Shown: one piece after another, positions 9,169 to 16,323 of the stretch
How positions within the stretch are numbered: the first letter of the stretch is position 1
Layout: the number at the start of each line of letters is the position of its first letter
From: a virus
Lineage: Duplodnaviria; Caudoviricetes
Strand: one strand, 5' to 3'
IMG/VR virus record: IMGVR_UViG_3300020042_008600
Location: 1 to 24,125 of that record
Length of the DNA: 24,125 bases
The notes under the pieces: generated by a model
The model's input: only the letters and a program-made list of their open reading frames with translations
Database searches by the model: none
What the model was told of the DNA's origin: nothing
Program-made: the position numbers and the translations under genes

Positions 9169-11343
9169 TTATTTCCCCTTGACGGCTCCGCCTTCGAGCA
9201 TTTTCATCATCTTGTACATGCGAGCTGCGCCTTTGCGACGGCTGCCGCCTCCGGCGTTGCGCACGGCCTTGGCCGTAAAAACGAACTCACCGTCTGACAG
9301 CATCGCGGGAATGTCATCCGAAACCCCAGTGCCGGGGCCGTTGATTGGGCCTTGGCGACGTGGGAAGTTGGTCATTTTGGCGTCACCGCCCTTGGCCATA
9401 CGACGGGGCTGGCCGTCAGGGCCGTAGATGATGGGAACACCGTACAGGCCTGCGACGTTATAGGGTTGCGCTACGCCAGCAGGGCTGTTGGTGACGCCCA
9501 TAGGAATTACTGTGCCGGGCTGGCCGATTGGAATAGTGCCGTACGACGGGGTAGGCACGATTGGGTTTTCCGGTGTCGTAGGCTTGGTGTAGGTGCTCAG
9601 GCCACCCCTGAATTTATCAGGGTTGTCCCTGATGTAATCACTGCCAGTGTAGTTCCGATCAAACGCAGGGTTCGGGTCGGCCGGCTCTCCCTCCATGCCC
9701 CCGGCGGCGGCTACGACGGCAGTGCCTGCAAGAGCGAGTGGGCCGTACTTGGTAAAAATACCCGCGTCTGCTGGCAAGCCAGGTCGGCTGGGAGAGAGGT
9801 ACTCGCCATACAGGTTTTTTGCACCCGTGACCATGCTGTCAATGAAGCCCGGTTGCGCGCCTTGGGGCACGCTTGACAGACTGTAATTAGCAGCACCGCT
9901 TGGCATTATTGTGCGAGGCACTGAAGCATTAAGACCTGATGCGGAGCCACCAAAGCGAGTGCCCGTGCCGGTTGCAGCGTCTATACCAGGAACTGGAGCA
10001 GGAGTTCCACCAGTCATGCTGTAGTCAGCTTTAAAGTTACCGGCGGAGTCAAACCCTGCAGACTGGCCGGACGCGTTCATGCCAGGCACTTTTAAGCCAC
10101 CGCTGTATTGTTTGTCGGCCAACATGGGCAAGTCTTTCGCTGTTGGAAGAGGGCCAGAGGCCTCAACAGGGCCAGTGAAGCTTCCCTCGCCCGTAAAGTT
10201 GGGGTCTCGCATTTGAGCATCGCTAACAGGGCCAGTGGAGCTTCCCTCGCCCGTAAAGTTGGAGTCTCGCATTTGAGCATCGCTCTTTGAGTTCAACCCT
10301 TGCAGCGCTGCTGCTGATGCACCAGAAATCAGACCCATTCTTAAAGCATCTTGGGTGCTCATGCCGCCCAACTTGCCGATACCTGCACCGATTAAGCCGG
10401 TTGTCAAGCCTGTATTCAAGGCACTGCCGGCTGCGCCAGGTAAGTAACCACCAACCGCCGACAGGGGGCTTGTGCCCATGATCGTGCCGCCGCCGCCAAT
10501 GTAGCCCATAGCACCAGAAATTAAAGCATCTTTAACTGATCCGCCGCCCAAAAGTGTTGTACCTGCGCCCGCAAGGCCTGCTGCAGTGCTCATTGAAAGG
10601 CCCACGCCTGCTGGCCCGAGGACCGTGGCCAATGCAACTGTAGCCAAGATGCGCCCAACAGGGCTCTTTACCACGTCCTTGACGACGTTCACAACACCCT
10701 TGACGACGCTCTTGGCCGCATTAAAGATTTTCTTAAGAAAGAATTCCGGCAGGCCTGTAACGGGATTAATCGTGCCCGAGCCTCCGCGTCGGCGCAGCAG
10801 TTGTGCCTCTTGCGGCGTGATGTGCGCCAGCATGGTATCGCCGTTGCGGCCTTGGCCAGCCAAGTACGACGCCACATCCGCCAAGCCGCCAGAGGCCATG
10901 CCCATGGGCTGCAACCCTTGAACAACAGGCGACATATTCATGGGTTCTTGGGCACCCGCGCCCTGCATCTGCCGCATCTCTTGCAGCACCACAAGCATTA
11001 CGCCAATAAATTCAGGATCATATTCTTCAGGCATGTCTCCTTCATCAAGGGCATCTGCCTTAATCAAGTCTTGAAGCAAGCTTTTATATTCGCTGGGGTT
11101 TTGACTAATGTATTCAAAAACCTGAATAAGCATGTCAAGCTGCGCAGGCGCGAGCTGAAGGTCACCAATGTTTTGACGGATGGCTTCTTTTAGAGCAGCA
11201 TCCTCGCCAGGGTTGACCATACCGAGCGCGGTCATCGCGGCATCGTAGGAGTCCGCGCTGGTGACTGTTTGTTGCTGCTGTTGGGCTTGTTTGCCCTCCA
11301 TGCCCATGCCTTGAGGCAAGGCCATGATTCCTTCATTTGCCAT
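9169..11343 (-). CDS. Putative internal virion/ejection protein (about 724 aa) with membrane-active region and C-terminal GPGTGxSDxIPAMLSxGEFV module
   Basis: ATG at 11343 behind a GGAAAGGA SD; the track start at 11358 is a TTG overlapping that SD. Acidic leader, MASGG, GRNGDTMLAHIT...NPVTGLPEF, amphipathic helix and Gly zippers. The C-terminal motif is one I recognise from phage tape-measure/virion proteins. Confidence 0.72.
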   Translation of the reverse strand: MANEGIMALPQGMGMEGKQAQQQQQTVTSADSYDAAMTALGMVNPGEDAALKEAIRQNIGDLQLAPAQLDMLIQVFEYISQNPSEYKSLLQDLIKADALDEGDMPEEYDPEFIGVMLVVLQEMRQMQGAGAQEPMNMSPVVQGLQPMGMASGGLADVASYLAGQGRNGDTMLAHITPQEAQLLRRRGGSGTINPVTGLPEFFLKKIFNAAKSVVKGVVNVVKDVVKSPVGRILATVALATVLGPAGVGLSMSTAAGLAGAGTTLLGGGSVKDALISGAMGYIGGGGTIMGTSPLSAVGGYLPGAAGSALNTGLTTGLIGAGIGKLGGMSTQDALRMGLISGASAAALQGLNSKSDAQMRDSNFTGEGSSTGPVSDAQMRDPNFTGEGSFTGPVEASGPLPTAKDLPMLADKQYSGGLKVPGMNASGQSAGFDSAGNFKADYSMTGGTPAPVPGIDAATGTGTRFGGSASGLNASVPRTIMPSGAANYSLSSVPQGAQPGFIDSMVTGAKNLYGEYLSPSRPGLPADAGIFTKYGPLALAGTAVVAAAGGMEGEPADPNPAFDRNYTGSDYIRDNPDKFRGGLSTYTKPTTPENPIVPTPSYGTIPIGQPGTVIPMGVTNSPAGVAQPYNVAGLYGVPIIYGPDGQPRRMAKGGDAKMTNFPRRQGPINGPGTGVSDDIPAMLSDGEFVFTAKAVRNAGGGSRRKGAARMYKMMKMLEGGAVKGK
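10165..10284. repeat. 60-bp tandem duplication (2 copies, 58/60 identical)
   Basis: 10165-10224 versus 10225-10284 differ only at 10178/10238 and 10203/10263. Encodes SDAQMRD(S/P)NFTGEGS(S/F)TGPV twice. Confidence 0.95.
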
Positions 11344-11403
11344 GATAGTCCTTTCCAATTTTTGACGAAGGCCTCACGGGCCGCGCGCCGGGAAAGGACG
11401 CGT
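11344..11403 (-). promoter_or_regulatory. Structured 5' leader able to sequester the SD of the first ejection-protein gene
   Basis: Perfect 9-bp inverted repeat gtcctttcc (11348-11356) / ggaaaggac (11391-11399), one arm being the SD. Additional CGCGUC/GGCGCG and GGCC/GGCC stems. Confidence 0.6.
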
Positions 11404-11413
11404 TGATGGCAAT

Positions 11414-11443
11414 ATTATCCATTAAATTCTTAACTTCTGTCTA
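11414..11443 (-). promoter_or_regulatory. Candidate sigma70-type promoter
   Basis: Minus strand TAGACA (11443-11438), 18-nt AT-rich spacer, GATAAT (11419-11414). It sits at the largest intergenic gap of the operon. Confidence 0.5.
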
Positions 11444-11768
11444 CTAAAAGAGCGCTTACAACAACGTAAACACTGCTTTGCGAAGATGTGACCACTAACG
11501 CGTCAAGTTGCTCAAGCACTAGAGGGCCCGCGTTCCAGCCGGCCAAAAGGTCTACATACTTGTTAGAGGCTACCGCTTCCAAAGGCACCAGATAGTGCGT
11601 TCCGGTTCCGCTAGGAGAAAAGGTAACGGTTATATTGGTGCTTGCCGCGTTTGTGTTTGCTATCCAAATAGATTTGACGATAGCCGTTGTGGCCGCAGGA
11701 ACCGTCAATACAGTATTTGCAACGGCTGAAACCAAGGGTTCTTCAAACCGTTTATATGCGTTTCCCAT
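11430..11768 (-). CDS. Small beta-rich virion (tail-associated) protein, about 112 aa
   Basis: Start at the ATG in the TAATG overlap (MGNAYK). TVLTVPAATTAIVKSIWIAN and PLVLEQLD pattern resembles small phage structural proteins downstream of tail nozzle genes. Confidence 0.62.
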   Translation of the reverse strand: MGNAYKRFEEPLVSAVANTVLTVPAATTAIVKSIWIANTNAASTNITVTFSPSGTGTHYLVPLEAVASNKYVDLLAGWNAGPLVLEQLDALVVTSSQSSVYVVVSALLVDRS

Positions 11769-11941
11769 TATTTTCCAAGGAACCAAGTTTGTGCTTGATC
11801 CTTGTTCTCCGTAGTTATAGGCGTGTAGGTGCTGTTAAGCTGCGCGATAATCTGCTCAAGCGAACGCACAAGCTGATTGAACTCCCCAGGGTCGTAGTCC
11901 TTGGAAGCATTGGGCAAGCGGACGTTGTTAATTTTGCTCAT
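11768..11941 (-). CDS. Small phage protein, about 57 aa (RLPNA..YD...NQLVRSLE)
   Basis: ATGA overlap with the upstream stop and TAATG overlap with the downstream gene. The track's longer start at 11989 is unlikely. Confidence 0.7.
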   Translation of the reverse strand: MSKINNVRLPNASKDYDPGEFNQLVRSLEQIIAQLNSTYTPITTENKDQAQTWFLGK

Positions 11942-13782
11942 CTCAGGCCGTCTGGTTGAATGTCCACGCGCATCGTACCAAAGCGCCAATCGGTGTCTAC
12001 AGCGTCGCTCTCAATTCGAAGCTGAATTTGACGGCCTCGGGCCCTTGTGTCTACCTTTTGGGTAGTTGGCGTGATCACGTAAGGGTCAAGCGAACTGGGG
12101 GATGCAGTGGCTTGAGGGAAGGGGCGAAGCAATAGATGCACAGTGAGGCTGCCCAACTGATCTTTAAAATCTGGTATAAACCTGCTCATCAGCAGCATGT
12201 TGTCTCCGTCCCCAATGTCAAAGTACCCCGACCGGATATAAGCAACAATGGCCTCGCCATCCCCGTTATGACCCGTTTCTTGGCTATACATCTGCGATCT
12301 GCCCTCAGTCAGCCCGTAGATGGTAGATATGGTATCCGCAGTGCTGGTCGGGTCATAAGAGGCGGCAAGGGGACGGCTGAACGTGCCTTGGTCGGTCCAG
12401 GTAGTGCGCGCCATTGTTCCAATTGACCACACGTCCTCAAGGTAGTTGTAGGTCACGAAGCGGTCAATGTAATCACTTGTAAATGAGCAGTACCACCATG
12501 TAACTTCATTAAACTGCGAATTTACCCCAACGTAAGTCTTCTGACTTTGTACAATGTTGATGTCTTTGTACACGTAGTCTTGAACGGTAGACGGTAATTT
12601 TTTCACCGTACCGTTAAACACGTAAAACGCTTCTTTGCCCATCCAATACGCTACACCGTTGACGTCCACCGCAGCATGCGGCCCAATGCAGCCGCAATTG
12701 GAACCAAGCTGTTGGAACTCAAACGTGAAGGTAGGGCCAACGTACTGCTGCCCGTGGAGCGCGGTGTCTGTAAAAATCAGAATCTGCCCTCTTGAACGGA
12801 GTGCGGAAACGATTCGATTGCCGTCTGTCAGCCGTTTGCTACCTGCAGTGTTTGTTGCCGATGCAATAAAGTTTCCAATGTCTTCCTGAGTTGAAAACCG
12901 CACAAACATGGGGTCTTGCGTAGTGGGGTCTCCCACTGTTGTCTCCGTGCCAAAGCATACCAAGTGCCTGTCCGGTGTTGACACAAGCGCAAAGGTGCTC
13001 TTTGTAGGTGCTCCTACAATGGTGGTGGCCCTTCCCCCGACGCTAGGAGACCACTCAAAAATACTTCCATCTACGCGCTGCAAGATCAGGTCTTGGCCAT
13101 AGGTATCGAACTGCCATACGTCAGAGAAAAGAGTCAGACTAACGGAGGCAGGGCGTGGAGTGCCCCAGGTAGAGGCTCCCCACGCGCCTGTTCCCCAGCC
13201 GTAGTCGGAGTAGCTTACGTCAGGGCCCACTGAGATTTGGTAAGCTGCAGTGGCGCTTCCTGTTGCAGAGACGGTTGAAGATGCTGCCTGTGGCGACAAG
13301 ATGGTGTACTCGTCTGCCGTATTTATCGCCTGTATTTCAAATTCAGCAGTAAGGCTCGCGTTGGTAATGCCTCCGGGGTTTCCGGTGACGCTTGAAAAAG
13401 TTACAAAATCCCCTACGATCGCTCCGTGGGCCACGTCGTTTACTGCTACCGTAGTAGAACCTGAGGTTGTGTCAAACGTGACAGAACCAGTGGCCCTGAT
13501 AGGTGTTACATCTGTCCAAACGCCCCCGGAAAACACGTATACCTTGCGGGTCGTGCCAACGGCCGCGTAGGGCACTCCATCAAGGGAATTCCAGGTAAAA
13601 GTGCATGTTGCCATGCCCACAAGGTATAAGGGTATGTTGTCAAACGGTATCCATCCGCCAATCTTCTCAGGCAGGCCATACCGAAAGCGAACGTAATCGC
13701 AATCGACCCAGCCGCCTTCCGAACCGTATTCGGTATTCTGCTTGTCAATGCCCGGCTTGAGAAAGAGTCGAAGAAGTGCCAT
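11938..13782 (-). CDS. Tail nozzle / packaged-DNA stabilisation-type protein (tail tubular B or P22 gp10-like, probable beta-propeller), 614 aa
   Basis: KPGIDKQ..EGGW...VRFRYGLPEKIGGW N-terminus, beta-rich repeats, C-terminal RARGRQ...WRFG. Size and position between fibre and ejection genes fit. Confidence 0.68.
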   Translation of the reverse strand: MALLRLFLKPGIDKQNTEYGSEGGWVDCDYVRFRYGLPEKIGGWIPFDNIPLYLVGMATCTFTWNSLDGVPYAAVGTTRKVYVFSGGVWTDVTPIRATGSVTFDTTSGSTTVAVNDVAHGAIVGDFVTFSSVTGNPGGITNASLTAEFEIQAINTADEYTILSPQAASSTVSATGSATAAYQISVGPDVSYSDYGWGTGAWGASTWGTPRPASVSLTLFSDVWQFDTYGQDLILQRVDGSIFEWSPSVGGRATTIVGAPTKSTFALVSTPDRHLVCFGTETTVGDPTTQDPMFVRFSTQEDIGNFIASATNTAGSKRLTDGNRIVSALRSRGQILIFTDTALHGQQYVGPTFTFEFQQLGSNCGCIGPHAAVDVNGVAYWMGKEAFYVFNGTVKKLPSTVQDYVYKDINIVQSQKTYVGVNSQFNEVTWWYCSFTSDYIDRFVTYNYLEDVWSIGTMARTTWTDQGTFSRPLAASYDPTSTADTISTIYGLTEGRSQMYSQETGHNGDGEAIVAYIRSGYFDIGDGDNMLLMSRFIPDFKDQLGSLTVHLLLRPFPQATASPSSLDPYVITPTTQKVDTRARGRQIQLRIESDAVDTDWRFGTMRVDIQPDGLR

Positions 13783-14015
13783 TACCTAAATCCTGCGGTT
13801 TTCTTTGCTATTTTTTTTGGTTGAGCTACGAACTGCTTACCAGCCGCCTTGCCTTTGCGCTTGGCTTTGGTCGTAGCTGCATATTCCGCAGGGGACAAAG
13901 ACTTGATAGCTGCTTCAGGGAGATACCGCTCACCCGTTTTTGACGAAGGCTTCCCCGACTTAGTGCGCCATTTCTGGTCGCCCCAGTTTTTAAGAGAAGT
14001 CTGTGGAGCTTTCAA
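13782..14015 (-). CDS. Small Lys-rich protein, C-terminal half of a DUF5872-like family
   Basis: SLKNWGDQKWRTKSGKPS, GERYLP and GKQFVAQP motifs. TTG start in a TTGA overlap with GGAGG 9 nt upstream. Confidence 0.7.
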   Translation of the reverse strand: MKAPQTSLKNWGDQKWRTKSGKPSSKTGERYLPEAAIKSLSPAEYAATTKAKRKGKAAGKQFVAQPKKIAKKTAGFR

Positions 14016-14368
14016 TCTCTGTAACCTCCGCCCGCTTTTTTATAGCGCTGCGCTACCATCTGGGCTTTTCTCGCTGACCATTGCCCTGCTCCAGTGCCTG
14101 CGGTGGCCTCTGCCTTCACAGCGTTAAAAATACGTTTGCGCAGTTCTGGCTTGGTGTAGTTGCCCGCAGCGTTGACCGTGGACTTTGCTTCTCCACCTGC
14201 CTTGAATGAGGCGGTTTTAGCCGCATTGGCAAAATCACTTTTCTTAGGGGCACCTTTGGCACCGACACTGCGCATCTTTTCGCCGGAGCCTTCGGCAATG
14301 CGTTTTTTCTTTGCAGCGATGTTGGCATACAAACCGCCGCCTGCACTTTTCTTTACTGGAGTTTTCAT
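14012..14368 (-). CDS. Lys-rich two-module protein (GLYANI... module plus DUF5872-like N-terminal half), about 118 aa
   Basis: ATG at 14368 right after the endolysin stop. NYTKPELRKR, GQWSARKAQ and YKKAGGGY motifs. Confidence 0.7.
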   Translation of the reverse strand: MKTPVKKSAGGGLYANIAAKKKRIAEGSGEKMRSVGAKGAPKKSDFANAAKTASFKAGGEAKSTVNAAGNYTKPELRKRIFNAVKAEATAGTGAGQWSARKAQMVAQRYKKAGGGYRD

Positions 14369-14369
14369 A

Positions 14370-14711
14370 TCAACCCACGTTCCGTTCAAAATGAGGGCAA
14401 TCGACAAGCGACTTGAAGTTCCCGCCCCAGCGATTTTTGGGGTTCAAAGTCTCCCAGTAAGCACCCAACGGCGCAAGGATGCTCTTGTCCCATATTATCC
14501 GCCCATCTTTGAAGAAATTCAAGTCAATGGCGCATCGTTTCAAATGGATTGAGTTGAGGGTCTTGGAGCGACCCGTCTTGACGTAGATAGCCTGTTGTTC
14601 AGGCGTACGGGCAAGCTCCCCGCCAGTGACTAGAAAGCCTTGTTCTGTGGCGTATTGGATCAGCTTGCACATATCCAACAGGAATGCGGCTTGTTCAGTA
14701 TTAAGGCTCAT
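14370..14711 (-). CDS. Endolysin, M15 family Zn peptidase, about 113 aa
   Basis: RTPEQQ, SxH-x6-D (SIHLKRCAID), RWGG and DxxHFE motifs. ATG in an ATGA overlap with the holin stop. Confidence 0.88.
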   Translation of the reverse strand: MSLNTEQAAFLLDMCKLIQYATEQGFLVTGGELARTPEQQAIYVKTGRSKTLNSIHLKRCAIDLNFFKDGRIIWDKSILAPLGAYWETLNPKNRWGGNFKSLVDCPHFERNVG

Positions 14712-15217
14712 TTTTTCCTCATTTCTGCCAGCTTCTCGACGGTACGGCCTCCAAAATAGGCCCCCATAATCAGCATCCCCCAATTCCCAAGCAGGGTGAC
14801 GTAGGACTCATTGGCGTTGTAGTTAAACGCCGACATCATGGCAAACAGAAAGTAGCCAAAGAAAATGGCTATAAGGCTCATAGGGCGGATATTTTTGGAC
14901 AGCCAAGAGTCACTGCTCATGTCGGCTTCCCAGCGGTCTGTAATGTTGTCAGCGTCGTTCTGGGCGGCTTTTGCCAACAACTCCATCTCAGCTAACTCCA
15001 TCTTGGCTTTTTCAATGCCAAGCTCAAGCAGGCGCTCTTCGTGGTCAAACTGAAGCTGTCTTAGATTGGACACGTCCTCGGGTGTGGGGTTGTCTGGAAT
15101 CTTTACGCCAAGCGTTTTCTCTACAACTTCCTTACCCTTGGCTTGGATTGCAGACGACAGTAACCCCAAACCGTTTTGGGCAAGGCTACCAAGGAGGGAT
15201 GCAACTATGGGGATCAT
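14708..15217 (-). CDS. Holin, GTA-type 3TM holin-like
   Basis: DSWLSKNIRP followed by two hydrophobic helices and AYFGGRTVEK. Directly upstream of the endolysin. Confidence 0.8.
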   Translation of the reverse strand: MIPIVASLLGSLAQNGLGLLSSAIQAKGKEVVEKTLGVKIPDNPTPEDVSNLRQLQFDHEERLLELGIEKAKMELAEMELLAKAAQNDADNITDRWEADMSSDSWLSKNIRPMSLIAIFFGYFLFAMMSAFNYNANESYVTLLGNWGMLIMGAYFGGRTVEKLAEMRKK

Positions 15218-15492
15218 CTTTTTTCCTTTTCCTCTAAGTTCTTCAACAACTTTTCAATTCTTGCCTCTGTACGCTCTGTCTTTTTGTTCAGCGCCAGTGA
15301 ATCAAAGTACAGCATCACCATCAACGGCATAAACAGGCAAATCAGAATCATCAACAACATTGCAACAACTATGTATCCCGATTCAGGTGAATGGCGTACA
15401 TCAAGGCCCAAATTTCTAAAATTACCACCAGAACCGCCCCAAAAATTAAAGCGTCGTTTTGTAACCTGTCGATCATTTGCTGACGTTTCCAT
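15214..15492 (-). CDS. Small membrane protein with C-terminal coiled coil (start uncertain: 15492 or 15360)
   Basis: TM segment IVVAMLLMILICLFMPLMVMLYF, then a charged helix. ATGA coupling to the holin. Confidence 0.6.
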   Translation of the reverse strand: METSANDRQVTKRRFNFWGGSGGNFRNLGLDVRHSPESGYIVVAMLLMILICLFMPLMVMLYFDSLALNKKTERTEARIEKLLKNLEEKEKR

Positions 15493-15896
15493 TTTCTTTT
15501 CCGTTCTGCTATCACCTCTTGCTTTATCTCTTCATCATGCTTTTTTGCAAGTCTTTTAAATTCCGCTTCGTACCTTGACCAGACTGCACCCAAGGCTGGG
15601 TCGGTGTGGTAGACCAAAAACTCACGCAACTCAACCGCTTGGCGCTCAAGTTCAATCTGGTTGAACACGTTCTCAAGAGCCTGAGCCTTGAGCGATTTTT
15701 CCTTTGGCGGGTTAAGTTCTTGACGCTTGACTTCTTTTTTTACTTCCTCATGCGCCTCAAAGAACTGCCCAATGAATCCTGAAATCTCCTTGGTTATCTT
15801 GTAAAGGTCAGAGCCTGTGGCTTTGGCATCCTTATACAAAGAAATACCTTGCTTAATTCCAGCAATTGCGGCGAGAGCAAGGGTAATAGGTTCAAT
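15369..15896 (-). CDS. Coiled-coil protein with C-terminal TM helix, probable ATT start, about 175 aa
   Basis: The frame stays open 19 codons upstream of the track's TTG (15839) to ATT GAA CCT ATT ACC (xEPITLALAAIAGIKQG), preceded by AGGGA. C-terminal hydrophobic helix. Confidence 0.68.
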   Translation of the reverse strand: MEPITLALAAIAGIKQGISLYKDAKATGSDLYKITKEISGFIGQFFEAHEEVKKEVKRQELNPPKEKSLKAQALENVFNQIELERQAVELREFLVYHTDPALGAVWSRYEAEFKRLAKKHDEEIKQEVIAERKRKWKRQQMIDRLQNDALIFGAVLVVILEIWALMYAIHLNRDT

Positions 15897-15908
15897 TTTA
15901 TTTTCCCT

Positions 15909-16121
15909 TTACATCGTTGCTCCCGATGCAGCAGGAACCGTCGTAATCTCGATTGCCACTGACTGGTTTAGGTCCAGTGGCTGCCCGCAATCGGCGCAAG
16001 TGTCTGCGTCAATTTCGGATTGATCAAGGTCGTAGCCGCACGCGCCGCAGAGAATTTCTACGGCGTGTGCGGGCTCAATGTTGCCGTCAGGCAGCAGCTT
16101 CGACGGGTTTTGCAGTTTCAT
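15909..16121 (-). CDS. Small Zn-ribbon protein, about 70 aa
   Basis: CGACG...CADCG. The ATG at 16121 (MKLQNP) is preferred over the track start. Confidence 0.65.
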   Translation of the reverse strand: MKLQNPSKLLPDGNIEPAHAVEILCGACGYDLDQSEIDADTCADCGQPLDLNQSVAIEITTVPAASGATM

Positions 16122-16275
16122 CGGATGCGGGTGCCTCAGGCACGCTAGTTTGTGGGGTGGCTTCTCCGTGCAACGCGGCAACCAGCTGGAAAACCTCGGT
16201 GTACGGACGCGAGCCCAGGTAGTTCAAGACGTTGTTGATTAAAGCCAAGGAAAGTTCAATTTTTTTGTCGTTCAC
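16087..16275 (-). CDS. Small phage protein, 62 aa (possible fibre-associated chaperone)
   Basis: GTG start behind GGAGA. LINNVLNYLGSRPY.EV..LV pattern resembles small proteins downstream of phage fibres. Confidence 0.7.
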   Translation of the reverse strand: MNDKKIELSLALINNVLNYLGSRPYTEVFQLVAALHGEATPQTSVPEAPASDETAKPVEAAA

Positions 16276-16284
16276 GGTTTCTCC

Positions 16285-16313
16285 AAAAGCGCCGCTGAAA
16301 TGGGGCAGCGGCG
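16285..16313 (-). terminator. GC-rich hairpin with short U tract after the fibre gene (weak terminator or processing site)
   Basis: cgccgctg (16290-16297) / cagcggcg (16306-16313), 8-nt loop, followed on the minus strand by CTTTT and then the next SD. Confidence 0.5.
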
Positions 16314-16323
16314 AAGACCCCTA

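Noticed and set aside
2008-10921. Long plus-strand ORFs such as 3522-4292, 5843-6424 and 7681-8562
   Set aside because: Antisense shadows of Gln/Ala/Gly-biased minus-strand genes, with no recognisable motifs.
9169-11343. Tape measure protein of a long-tailed phage
   Set aside because: Only the short C-terminal motif matches. There is no tail tube, chaperone frameshift pair or baseplate context, and the gene order is podovirus-like.
14030-14045. Canonical programmed -1 frameshift
   Set aside because: The A run is phased T_AAA_AAA rather than A_AAA_AAG, and the downstream TTG has its own GGAGG SD.
15214-15492. o-spanin lipoprotein
   Set aside because: The single Cys (ILIC) is mid-TM and does not fit a lipobox.
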